From NCBI GenBank assembly GCA_044507735.1, contig JBIQJB010000002.1, positions 99,442-163,441 on the forward strand: DNA of 64,000 bases. The letters run 5' to 3'. The stretch is from Nitrosopumilales archaeon (GTDB lineage: Archaea; Thermoproteota; Nitrososphaeria; Nitrososphaerales; Nitrososphaeraceae). The position numbers and the translations under genes are program-made. Below are positions 9,908 to 19,171 of the stretch, in pieces; positions within the stretch are counted from its first letter, which is position 1; every line of letters starts with the position of its first letter. The notes below the pieces were generated by a model that did not search any database, was not told where the DNA came from, and saw nothing but the letters and a program-made list of their open reading frames with translations.

Positions 9908-11519
9908 GAATAGCTTTGTAAGATTCGTCCGGTGGGTATACGCCGGACTAGAGCGAACCATATTCATGGGGATGAAGTTCACCCTCCCCGGCAGGTTCGT
10001 CAGCCCGCTAGGCTTCCTCGGCATGCTTACTTTTATCATTTTCATCATGCTTGGCATCACCGGCGCGCTCTTGATGCTTTGGTATGAGCCCATACTCGAC
10101 AGGGCTTGGCACAGCGTGGAGAACATCAACGACACCATCCCATACGGATTCCATATACGTAATATTCACTATCACGCATCAAACGCGATGGTCATGATGG
10201 CGCTCCTGCACATGTACTATCAGTACTTTAGCGGTCGCTACAAGATCCGAAACGAAATACTCTGGGTTACCGGCATCATACTTGGCGTCCTGACAATCCT
10301 TGAAGCATTTACTGGTTATGACATCATCTTTAGCGAGCGTGCTGAACTGGCAATTTCGATCGCAGCCTCTCTCACCAACTCGATACCTGTCATGGGTCCG
10401 CAGATGAGAGATGCATTCTTTGGGGCAGGTTTCCATGACTTTATCCTGAGGTTCTATACATTCCACGTGTTCATGCTACCTATAGCCATGCTTGGCCTCA
10501 TGGTAGTTCACTTTCCAAGATTCTTGGTCTTTGACGTACCTATGGTTATGGCAGTAGCTGGTGCAATCATGCTTACAGGAGGGGTGTTCCCCGTTCACAT
10601 GGGTCTACCCTTTGAACCCGAAACGCCACCAGGCATCACTGTCCCCGAGTGGTACTTGACAGGTCTCTACGCATTCCTGCGTACAATGTATGACAAGTTT
10701 GTAACAGGCGTGCTGTGGCCCGGGCTGTTCATATTTGCACTATTGATAGTGCCGTTCATAGACAAGTACAAGAAATTCTCTTGGAAAGACCGGCCAATAG
10801 TGACCGCACTGGGCATTACAAGCCTTGCACAGATCATTGTCACTACGTACTGGGGCTTTTACATCGACCCGGACATTGACAAAGCGTTGCTTGAGAGGCT
10901 CGTAATCGACCCAATATTCTTCTATACGGTCATGATATTGCTGGTACCGCTGTCATTTGGGTTCACTTACATGATGATAAAACTGGCCAGACACGCCGAA
11001 GCAAATGCCAAGCTCCAGCCAAAGAAGGCGGCAAAGGGCTCGATCAATATCTCACTCAAATGGATCTATGCCTTGTTCGTGGTGCTTCTTGCATTCCAAG
11101 TGTATCTCAACATTGCTGCATACTATGCGGTATTGCAGGGCATGAACAACTGGTCCCTGTTCATAATGGGAATAATCATGCTAGTATTTGCAGGCATGTT
11201 CCACCTCTACAGATATGGAAGGTCTTTACAGAAGGCCCCGCCACCAAAGCCTGTACCCCCAGCGCCGGCAAAGCCAGCCGCAGCTCCGGCTCCCAAGCCC
11301 GCCCCAGCAGCTCCAGCACCCGAGAAGCCCCTCGCAGCTCCCCCTACAGCTCCTGCAGCAAAAGTCAGTTCTGATCAAAAGCCCCAACTCCCACAGCAAC
11401 AAGGAAAGCAAGCTGCGGCGTCAACTGGTGGCGACAAGACTGTCGCATCCCTTCAGGGCCCCTCTACTCTCCCTTCAGAAGCTGGGCTCGACGGTCCTGA
11501 CAAGAAAGTCGGCACCTGA
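9885..11519 (+). CDS. petB: Cytochrome b of complex III with extra TM helices and Pro/Ala-rich tail
   Basis: Heme-ligand His residues (IRNIHYH, LLHM, TFHVF, VVHF) and a PEWY motif. ATG 9885 overlaps the Rieske gene end. Confidence 0.93.
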   Translation: MGATLTYENSFVRFVRWVYAGLERTIFMGMKFTLPGRFVSPLGFLGMLTFIIFIMLGITGALLMLWYEPILDRAWHSVENINDTIPYGFHIRNIHYHASNAMVMMALLHMYYQYFSGRYKIRNEILWVTGIILGVLTILEAFTGYDIIFSERAELAISIAASLTNSIPVMGPQMRDAFFGAGFHDFILRFYTFHVFMLPIAMLGLMVVHFPRFLVFDVPMVMAVAGAIMLTGGVFPVHMGLPFEPETPPGITVPEWYLTGLYAFLRTMYDKFVTGVLWPGLFIFALLIVPFIDKYKKFSWKDRPIVTALGITSLAQIIVTTYWGFYIDPDIDKALLERLVIDPIFFYTVMILLVPLSFGFTYMMIKLARHAEANAKLQPKKAAKGSINISLKWIYALFVVLLAFQVYLNIAAYYAVLQGMNNWSLFIMGIIMLVFAGMFHLYRYGRSLQKAPPPKPVPPAPAKPAAAPAPKPAPAAPAPEKPLAAPPTAPAAKVSSDQKPQLPQQQGKQAAASTGGDKTVASLQGPSTLPSEAGLDGPDKKVGT

Positions 11520-11576
11520 AAGGCGAGCAGACAAACAAGCTTTATATGTGAAAATAGAAAGATTCAAGATCGAGTT

Positions 11577-12035
11577 ATGGCAAACCACGCCGGCGGCATT
11601 AGCATCGTTGCATTTATTGTTGCACTAGCTATAAGCATGGGATACTATCAGTTCATTTATCTTCCAGAAGCCAATGCCAAGCCTATCCTGCCTGAAGCAG
11701 TAATCAATCCCCGAGAGACAACTGAAGTGCAAATTGTAGAAGGTGCGGGTTTGGAATCCAATCCTAGGAACTTCGTTCCAGCTCAAGTTCGTGGTGCCCT
11801 GGGTCTGTCAAACAGAGTGCTGTGGACTAACAACGATGGAACTGCCCACACTGTCACAAGCGATTATGTGGACAGAGTCAACGGTCCGTTTGATTCTACG
11901 CAGCAGCTCGGTACACTCATCATGCCAGGCCAGACGTTCGAGTTCGTGTTCACCGCAGAAGGCAAATACGCGTATAATTGCACACCTCATCCGCACATGA
12001 GGGGTGTGGTAGAGATAGTTCCGAACTTCGCCTAG
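11577..12035 (+). CDS. Membrane-anchored plastocyanin-like blue copper protein
   Basis: N-terminal TM helix; AHTVT and CTPHPHM type-1 Cu ligands; follows cytochrome b. Confidence 0.92.
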   Translation: MANHAGGISIVAFIVALAISMGYYQFIYLPEANAKPILPEAVINPRETTEVQIVEGAGLESNPRNFVPAQVRGALGLSNRVLWTNNDGTAHTVTSDYVDRVNGPFDSTQQLGTLIMPGQTFEFVFTAEGKYAYNCTPHPHMRGVVEIVPNFA

Positions 12036-12403
12036 GTCTTTTTTACCACTTTTATGTAGGCGATGTCGCTCACAACTTCTTTGTGTTCTTGTATTATGGA
12101 GACTCGGAATTTGACGTTTGACGCATCTCCTGCAGGAACATGGTTAGTGACAGCCGTAAACTCGATGGTGGTCTTGCCGCCAAGTTCAGCCCTGAATATC
12201 GAGAGGCGGGCATAGGGGTGCTTGATCTTCTTTCCATTGAGGTTGACATATGAGAACACATCACTGGAATTCTCAATCTGAGAATTGATGACCAGGCTGT
12301 CGAACCTACCTGGATAGTTGATAACCACCGTCCCATGCAGCTCTTCGCCTGCTGCTACAGAGCTTTCCGCCAGTGAGACAGAAATCTGCTTTTGAGAGCT
12401 CAT
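12032..12403 (-). CDS. Hypothetical beta-sandwich protein
   Basis: Alternating beta-strand pattern; probable start MSSQKQ at 12403. Confidence 0.65.
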   Translation of the reverse strand: MSSQKQISVSLAESSVAAGEELHGTVVINYPGRFDSLVINSQIENSSDVFSYVNLNGKKIKHPYARLSIFRAELGGKTTIEFTAVTNHVPAGDASNVKFRVSIIQEHKEVVSDIAYIKVVKKT

Positions 12404-12535
12404 CAGCAAAAACTCCATAAGGGATGAATTTAAACCAACTCGAGCCCCGGACGCTTTCATAATTTTTAGCTAATTATCGAAAATGCTTGAGCATGCAGAT
12501 AGAAAAGACATACGTCGATTGCAGGAGCAAGGCAT

Positions 12536-12787
12536 ATGGTAACCGAATGTCCGGTATGCAGCGGCAAAGTTTACGAGTACAGTGACGGCAGATGGAAGGA
12601 ATGGATATGTTGGAGATGTGGCCATTATGAATCCGACACGCCCGCCTTCAGGGAATACCCACATCTGTTCAGCGACATAGTACGAAAAAACGCCAATTAT
12701 TTCCTTGAGAAGTACGCCCGATATGGAAGAGGGTCAGCGTTACGAAAAGGAATCCCGACAACCTGGGGCAGTGGTTGGGAGAAGTAA
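12536..12787 (+). CDS. Small zinc-ribbon protein
   Basis: CPVC...CWRC motif pair. Confidence 0.7.
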   Translation: MVTECPVCSGKVYEYSDGRWKEWICWRCGHYESDTPAFREYPHLFSDIVRKNANYFLEKYARYGRGSALRKGIPTTWGSGWEK

Positions 12788-12862
12788 TGTTGAATTCGCG
12801 TAGTTGAGCGTCCAGCTAAAGTCTTGTGTATAGATAAAGTCTTAAGGTAGTTTGTCCCCCTT

Positions 12863-13393
12863 ATGTTACGGATGCGTCTATCCAGCATCACAATAGATGC
12901 CGATGGATCCCCGTCCGGTTACATTGCTTGGTACAACCATTACACCGGGAAGCAGGAAGTGAGAGTTCTCCGTCCTCCCGCAAGGAATGAAAAATTTGGC
13001 GTCCAGAAGATGGAGATGCTGGCAATTTATTTCGCCATTGTGAAAAACCTGCGCCAGATCAACATCTTGGCCAACTGTCAGAAGAAAAAGCAGATAGTGG
13101 TAAACATCAGGAGCGATTCAAAAACTTGCATAGAACAGTTGCAGGGCATATCAAAGATCAGAGACGCTGTGCTGCAGAGGATATGCACATCAATACGAAA
13201 ACTCTTGGACAAGATGCCGTACATGATCGTTTTCAACCATCTCGAAAGAGCAAGGAATCAAGCTGGACTCCTGTTGGAACAAAAGAGGAGGAAAGAAATA
13301 GAGAAGCAATTGGAACATCAGTACCAAAAGCAATATTGCTATAGTGCGGGAACACTAGTCCTAGACAGAGAGTACCGGCTGACTACTGCATAA
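12863..13393 (+). CDS. RNase H-fold protein
   Basis: IDADGS, EMLAI and RSDSK correspond to the D-E-D catalytic positions of RNase HI. Confidence 0.7.
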   Translation: MLRMRLSSITIDADGSPSGYIAWYNHYTGKQEVRVLRPPARNEKFGVQKMEMLAIYFAIVKNLRQINILANCQKKKQIVVNIRSDSKTCIEQLQGISKIRDAVLQRICTSIRKLLDKMPYMIVFNHLERARNQAGLLLEQKRRKEIEKQLEHQYQKQYCYSAGTLVLDREYRLTTA

Positions 13394-13427
13394 ATATATT
13401 AGGTGAGGCACGGTAGTATCGAACTGA

Positions 13428-14246
13428 TTGCAGGAGCAGTCGGCGACGCCGCAGAAGCTGGTCTATGTCAACGGCTATGCTACAAGATATCTCGAATATG
13501 GTCCATGCGATGGCAAGGTTCTAGTTCTGTTGCATGGCATTGGCGCTTCCGCAGAGCGATGGTCACGGGTGATTCCGACTCTTGCAAAATATTTCCGCGT
13601 AATAGCCCCGGACATTATCGGGTTTGGTTATAGCGACAAACCTACAGTCGAATACACCATGGATTTCTTTGTTGACTTTTTGAGTGGATTTCTCGACAGT
13701 CTTGACATTCCGAGGGCAAATTTAATAGGTTCATCGTTTGGAGGCCACCTGGCGACAGAGTTTGCAATAAGGTTCAACCGCAGGGTAGAAAAACTGGTGC
13801 TCGCATCGCCTGCAGGCATGATGCGGACATCTACTCCTACTCTTGATGGCTACATCATGGCTGCACTATATCCCACCTACGAAAATGCATTCAAGGCCTT
13901 CAAAGACATGGCTCACGATCAGGATGCTGTTACAGAGGAAATTGTCCTGGACTTTGTGAACAGGATGAGACTTCCTAATGCAAAATATGCGTTTATGTCC
14001 ACTCTGCTTGGCATGAGGCATGCGCCCAAGCTTCAGGGTAGGATCGGCAAGATATTATCGCCCACTCTTCTTGTCTGGGGAGACACAGACAGGATGATAC
14101 CTGTTCAGTATGCCAAGGAATACAGGGAGATTCCAGACAACGATCTTGTGGTGATAAAGAACTGTGGACATACGCCCTACGTCGAAAAGCCGATGACATT
14201 CAACAAGATCGTCCTAAAGTTTCTGGTCGGCGGAAGAATGCTCTAA
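13428..14246 (+). CDS. Alpha/beta hydrolase
   Basis: HG oxyanion motif, GSSFGG nucleophile elbow, Asp (GDTD) and His (CGHTP). Confidence 0.93.
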   Translation: MQEQSATPQKLVYVNGYATRYLEYGPCDGKVLVLLHGIGASAERWSRVIPTLAKYFRVIAPDIIGFGYSDKPTVEYTMDFFVDFLSGFLDSLDIPRANLIGSSFGGHLATEFAIRFNRRVEKLVLASPAGMMRTSTPTLDGYIMAALYPTYENAFKAFKDMAHDQDAVTEEIVLDFVNRMRLPNAKYAFMSTLLGMRHAPKLQGRIGKILSPTLLVWGDTDRMIPVQYAKEYREIPDNDLVVIKNCGHTPYVEKPMTFNKIVLKFLVGGRML

Positions 14247-14252
14247 CCGCGA

Positions 14253-14558
14253 TCAGGATTCCTTCTGACTCTTTCGCCTGCGCTCTATTGGTACCACGAT
14301 TACCTGTACCAAATCACCGTCTTCGATGTTGAGGGCTTGCCTTTCGGCCTCCGGAATCGAAATTCTACCCCCGCTCTGCACAGTAGTCTTGAACATTGCA
14401 TTATAGAAGGTAAGGCCACGGAGAACAGTAAAGTAATTCTGCATGGTGTCCTGCTGCATGTTTGTGAATTGCTTTAGAAAGTCCTTTTGCGCTTCGCTTC
14501 CCTTTTCAATTGCCTTCTTGAAAGCTTCGATAGGATCAGCGGAATCGTTAGAGCTCAT
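14253..14558 (-). CDS. AbrB-domain protein resembling haloarchaeal PhaR
   Basis: C-terminal FKTTVQSGGRISIPEAERQALNIEDGDLV is an AbrB/MazE fold; the N-terminus is amphipathic helical. Confidence 0.8.
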   Translation of the reverse strand: MSSNDSADPIEAFKKAIEKGSEAQKDFLKQFTNMQQDTMQNYFTVLRGLTFYNAMFKTTVQSGGRISIPEAERQALNIEDGDLVQVIVVPIERRRKSQKES

Positions 14559-14779
14559 ATAGCATGGAAAAACACGTATCTCATTTATTTAACGGTACTG
14601 GTGAGGACCGTAACTAGACGAAACCGTAAATAGAATCGCTATGTCTGTAGTTACATTGGCGATGAAGAGTCTAGACGGAACTGACTGTAAGATGCCAGGA
14701 TGAAGTAAGAATCTACTCTGAGCTATGTTGTTATGAGAAAGTTCAATAAGGATCGTCATCACGACATTGATAATCAACC

Positions 14780-15646
14780 TTGCAATCGCTTCATGCGTCC
14801 CTTGACCCTGTCACAAGCATAAAAAGCGGTCAAGTGTTTCTCTGGGAGAAGCACGGTGATTCTTGGTACGGTGTTCATGGCGATCATATTGTCAAGATAA
14901 GACAGACAGGCCGCGAGTTGTTTGAATTTTCGTCATTTCCAGAAGACAAGACATGGCATCGCAGGATGTTCAGGCTTGATGACGATGTGAGGACTATATT
15001 CGGAGAAATATCTCGCGACTTGTTCGTACGCAGGCTTGTAAGGTCATATCCCGGCCTCCGCCTCATGAGACAAGAACCGCACCAGTGCATTTTCTCATTT
15101 GTGTGTGCCAGCAATACCAACATCCCGATGATTCGCAGGATGCTTTACAACCTGACAAGAAAATTCGGAAGACCTGTGAACGTCGATGGGATAGAGTTTT
15201 TCACATTTCCATCTGTAGAGGACATTGACCGGGCAGGGGCTGACGAATTGAGGTCATGTGGGCTAGGCTACAGGGTAAAAGCAATAAAGTCAGCAGCCCG
15301 CGCCATCGCTTCAGGTCAGATAGACTTTGACGCACTCACATCTGCAACTTATGAAGAGGCAAAAAAAGAGCTATTGCGGATATATGGAATTGGGAACAAG
15401 ATAGCCGACTGCATACTGCTATTTTCTCTTGAAAAACTCGACGCTTTTCCAATAGATGTTTGGATTGCACGGGCGCTTTCGCAATATTACAGCTGGTTGC
15501 ACCAAGAGGAATTCGGGGACAAGCTGACATTGCGCCAATACGAAGAGTTGTCGAGCGATGCAAGAATTCATTTTGGAAAGTATGCTGGCTATGCGCAGCA
15601 GTACTTGTTTTACCACATGAGGCAAACTGCCGGGAAGAAGTGGTAA
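14780..15646 (+). CDS. ogg: 8-oxoguanine DNA glycosylase (OGG1-like, HhH-GPD)
   Basis: SGQVFLW N-terminal motif, GLGYR, YGIGNKIAD..., FPIDVW and YAGYAQQYLF. Confidence 0.9.
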   Translation: MQSLHASLDPVTSIKSGQVFLWEKHGDSWYGVHGDHIVKIRQTGRELFEFSSFPEDKTWHRRMFRLDDDVRTIFGEISRDLFVRRLVRSYPGLRLMRQEPHQCIFSFVCASNTNIPMIRRMLYNLTRKFGRPVNVDGIEFFTFPSVEDIDRAGADELRSCGLGYRVKAIKSAARAIASGQIDFDALTSATYEEAKKELLRIYGIGNKIADCILLFSLEKLDAFPIDVWIARALSQYYSWLHQEEFGDKLTLRQYEELSSDARIHFGKYAGYAQQYLFYHMRQTAGKKW

Positions 15647-15763
15647 AAAGACTGTGATAAGATATTTTTCAGAACTGGCGTCACCGCGCGTTCTTTGAGG
15701 CCTTGCAGAAAGAAAAAAAGATATTATTCTTGCTGTCTTGCCAGCAAGATCATTTTTTCACTT

Positions 15764-16816
15764 TTACTGCCCTGTGCTGTTAAAGAGGTCCTGTATTCCG
15801 CCACTCAGATTGCCAAGGAAACCGCCGTCGTCGGTCTGGTTTCCACCACTTGTCTGGTTACCGCCGGCTGTCATGTTTCCCTCTGGTGCCACACCAGTCG
15901 CGTTTCCGACTGTCGCCGCGCCTGTGTCGATCAATTCGTTACCGTTTTCATCGGTCATGGATTCGACGATTCCGTATATCGGCTGTCCCATGAAGTGGTC
16001 ATCGGTGTCTTCGGTCGCTAGCGAGATGCTGATGACATTGTTCCTGTCGATGATTATCAGTGCATCAACGCCAGTCCATTTCGGCTGACCATTTGTAGCG
16101 ACATCAACGGTACCAAAGATGAATGACGATCCTTCTCCGCTTATGTCTATTGTGGTCGAGTTCGATGATACGAAGTTGCTTAGCTCGTGTGTGTGGCGTT
16201 CAGTTCCATCGAGATGTACCATCACAAAGTCAGCTGCAAATTCATTCACACTACCGTCCTGAACATCAAGATTCCAGTCCCCTGATAGCACGTATGGGGG
16301 CGATATTTCTTCGGCAGCTGCTGTTGTCTCCTCTGTCGTTGTTGATGCAGTAGCGTTGCTGTCCATGCCCGTCATGTTGCTTGAGCTAGCAGTGGCGTTG
16401 TCCTCTCCTCCTGTTATGACCTGCTGCATCATTGCAGTGGTATCGTTGCCTGCTGCTGTCATGTTGCCAGTCACGCCGGTTTCATTTCCTGTAGTTGTGG
16501 TGGTAGTGGTCGTATCATTCTCTGCTTCGCTGGTAGTTATTGTTTCTCCAGTGTCGAAGATCAAAGCAGCAATAGAACCTCTTGCTGAAAATGTCTCTCC
16601 GCCTGTAGCATTCGTGGTTGTGTCTGTTGTTGTTGTAGCATTTGTGGTAGTACCTGTTGTTGTAGCATTCGTGGTTGTGTCTGTTGTTGTTGCGTTCGTG
16701 CCTGTTGCGTTGGTGCCCATAGTGGCATTCTGCGCAACTGCTGGCGCAAGACTAAACGCTGTTGCGAAAAGTCCAAAGACCAGCACTAGCGCGATCGCTA
16801 TTGGTGCTTTCTTCAT
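15764..16816 (-). CDS. Secreted acidic Thr-rich surface glycoprotein candidate
   Basis: Signal peptide (..APAVA/QN), Thr-rich repeats, many N-x-T/S sequons and a central globular domain. Confidence 0.85.
   Translation of the reverse strand: MKKAPIAIALVLVFGLFATAFSLAPAVAQNATMGTNATGTNATTTDTTTNATTTGTTTNATTTTDTTTNATGGETFSARGSIAALIFDTGETITTSEAENDTTTTTTTTGNETGVTGNMTAAGNDTTAMMQQVITGGEDNATASSSNMTGMDSNATASTTTEETTAAAEEISPPYVLSGDWNLDVQDGSVNEFAADFVMVHLDGTERHTHELSNFVSSNSTTIDISGEGSSFIFGTVDVATNGQPKWTGVDALIIIDRNNVISISLATEDTDDHFMGQPIYGIVESMTDENGNELIDTGAATVGNATGVAPEGNMTAGGNQTSGGNQTDDGGFLGNLSGGIQDLFNSTGQ
16604..16692. repeat. 32-bp direct repeat inside the Thr-rich coding region
   Basis: TGTAGCATTCGTGGTTGTGTCTGTTGTTGTTG at 16604-16635 and 16661-16692, with a degenerate copy between; encodes TTTDTTTNAT units. 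Confidence 0.85.
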
Positions 16817-16927
16817 CGCTCAGAACGTGCAAGAATGAATTTTAACGATTTTACCTATTCTCTAGAGAAATATATTATAGCTGCAGGACAGCATAGAATC
16901 CACCTGAAAAATCCTCTAGCGCGAGGG

Positions 16928-17107
16928 TTACTGCGTCAAGTCGATTATGCTTCTCTTGATAATCATCTTTGCCTTGGGAGAAACATCGTACTGCTCGAGC
17001 ACTATACTGGGGCTCTTGATGAGCTCGTTTCTAAATTCTGGCTCGCTGGCTGCCTTGAGCAGAATCTCACTTATGATCTCGGCATCTTTGCTTTGTCGAG
17101 AATCCAA
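16928..17107 (-). CDS. 59-aa NHLP-leader-like (Os1348-clan-like) small protein, not in ORF track
   Basis: TTG start after GGTGCTGA, TATA-like TTATATA ~30 nt upstream. Translates as MDSRQSKDAEIISEILLKAASEPEFRNELIKSPSIVLEQYDVSPKAKMIIKRSIIDLTQ. Confidence 0.7.
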   Translation of the reverse strand: MDSRQSKDAEIISEILLKAASEPEFRNELIKSPSIVLEQYDVSPKAKMIIKRSIIDLTQ

Positions 17108-17503
17108 GGTATCAGCACCAAAGCAAAAGCTTGTATATAATCCTAGTGCATCAAATGTATATCGAGAATTACATCTTCAGGCGGAATCGGCAGCTTGGCT
17201 CCCAAAGTGTTCTCAATCTGATCACGTGAAAGAATTGAGCTTGTATGAGACTGACAGATGTGTGCACTCAGGATTGAATTCTTGTCAAACCTATTGACTT
17301 GCTCTCACCACTGACTTTGACACTGACAAGGATTATAGTAAACCCCGGGGTGTGAGGCGATCTCTTGTGCTTCACAGCTCAAGAAGTCATATGGTGCAGT
17401 CCTGAAAGGATCTTTCTCAAGACTGTGCGTCTGCGGTCGGATGAAAAGGGAAAAAATCTTGTTTTGAAAAATGAGAAAGTGGTAAGGAAGAGAGTCCCTA
17501 CCA

Positions 17504-18979
17504 CTAGTCTACGTACGCTCTCTCTCCGTGTTGTGCAAGATCCAGTCCGATCTCTTCTTCCTTTGGAGTGACCCTGATTCCGCCAGGCCACACTGCATCC
17601 ATTATCTTGATAATGATTGCAGTGATACCCATTGCCCATGCCAATGCAGCAAACGCACCTACTGCGTTTACGTACAGCTGTTCAATGTTGCCAAATGCAG
17701 CACCTTGGGCTCCCCATGAGAACCTGCTCTCTGAAAAGATGCCAGTCAGTAGAGCACCTGCCAGACCGCCGACACCGTGGACTGCCCATGTGTCAAGTGC
17801 ATCGTCCCACTTGCGCTTGTTCTTAAACGCAAGTGCTGCGTAACACACGATTGAGGCCAGGATACCGATTACTATGGAGGACATCGGAGAGACAAAACCT
17901 GCAGCCGGGGTAATGGCTACGAGCCCTGCCACTGCACCAGTGGCCGCGCCTACTGTTGCAGGTTTGCCTGTGTGTGCCCAAGAGATCAGCGACCATGTGA
18001 GTGCGGCTGTTCCTGTTGCAATGTTGGTGGCTACGAAGGCGCTTGTGGCTGCGTTGCTTGCATCACCCGCAGAACCTGCGTTGAAGCCGAACCATCCTAC
18101 CCACAGCAAAGCAGCACCCAAGACTACTAGGCTGATGTTGTGAGGCTCCATAGGGATTTTGCCATATCCCAGTCTTCTTCCCAGCATCAGTGCTACTACC
18201 AGTCCTGCCCAACCAGAGGTGATGTGTATGACAGTTCCGCCTGCAAAGTCAAGCGAACCCATATCACCTGTCCAGCCAGGGGCAGTTCCACCAGTACCTA
18301 GCGACCATGTCCAGTGCGCCGCAAAGTCGTAGACGAATGTTGTCCAGATTATCACGAAGATTAGGAATGCGCTGAACTTCATTCTTTCAGCTACCGATGC
18401 CACGATAAGCGCAGGTGTGATGATGGCAAACATCATCTGGAATATGAAGAGCGTCTGGTGCGGGATGGTCGTTGTGTAAACGTCAGACGGCGCGTCATGT
18501 AGCACATTGCTGAGTCCTGCCCACGCTAGAGACCCAATGAAGCCGTGACCTGTGGCGTCAGGGCCGAACGCAAGGCTGTATCCGAACAGCGTGAACTGTA
18601 GCGCGACAAGGCCCGTTGTGATGAATACCATGTGCAGAGTATTGACGGCATTCTTCCTTCTAGAAAGGCCGCCGTAGAACATCGCAAGTCCAGCGGGTGT
18701 CATCATCAATACGAGCGCTGCAGAGGTCAGCATCCATGCGTTGTCGCCGTGATCTATTTCAGCAGGAATCAAATAGCCGTTTTCGTCAAGTAGGAATTCT
18801 CCTGTTTCTTCGTCTGTTTGCCAAGAGTGATACGGGACTGCAGGGCTATCAGGCGTAGTCAGCGAATTGTACGCCTGAGCGGGCGCAAATCCTATCGCCA
18901 GGATCGCAGTCAGTGCCGCAATGGCAATAAAAACAGACATCCCTTTCTTGTACTCTGGTTTGCCATTCATGTTGTGCAT
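17504..18979 (-). CDS. amt: Ammonium transporter
   Basis: DFAGGTVIH, GWFGFNAGS, DDALD..AVHG and HGERAY motifs, with twin His. Exact start uncertain. Confidence 0.97.
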   Translation of the reverse strand: MHNMNGKPEYKKGMSVFIAIAALTAILAIGFAPAQAYNSLTTPDSPAVPYHSWQTDEETGEFLLDENGYLIPAEIDHGDNAWMLTSAALVLMMTPAGLAMFYGGLSRRKNAVNTLHMVFITTGLVALQFTLFGYSLAFGPDATGHGFIGSLAWAGLSNVLHDAPSDVYTTTIPHQTLFIFQMMFAIITPALIVASVAERMKFSAFLIFVIIWTTFVYDFAAHWTWSLGTGGTAPGWTGDMGSLDFAGGTVIHITSGWAGLVVALMLGRRLGYGKIPMEPHNISLVVLGAALLWVGWFGFNAGSAGDASNAATSAFVATNIATGTAALTWSLISWAHTGKPATVGAATGAVAGLVAITPAAGFVSPMSSIVIGILASIVCYAALAFKNKRKWDDALDTWAVHGVGGLAGALLTGIFSESRFSWGAQGAAFGNIEQLYVNAVGAFAALAWAMGITAIIIKIMDAVWPGGIRVTPKEEEIGLDLAQHGERAYVD

Positions 18980-19171
18980 CTTTTTACTTCTGAATAAAAG
19001 GATATAGGTAATTTCTTTACAATTTGGTAGTATTTTGGTCTATTCCTAAACCAAGCATAATAGCGCAAAATTAGAATTTTATGATAATGATCCTTATTAA
19101 CCAGTTTTCCCGCGCAGACCCCTACTGACTGACATAAATATATGCCCGAGTCTTGAGAGAGGTATATACAA

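Noticed and set aside
16604-16692. 32-bp repeats as a possible CRISPR array
   Set aside because: Only two exact copies, in-frame coding repeats, no unique spacers or cas genes.
16356-16838. Val-rich hydrophobic plus-strand ORF
   Set aside because: Antisense shadow of the Thr-rich repeat gene.
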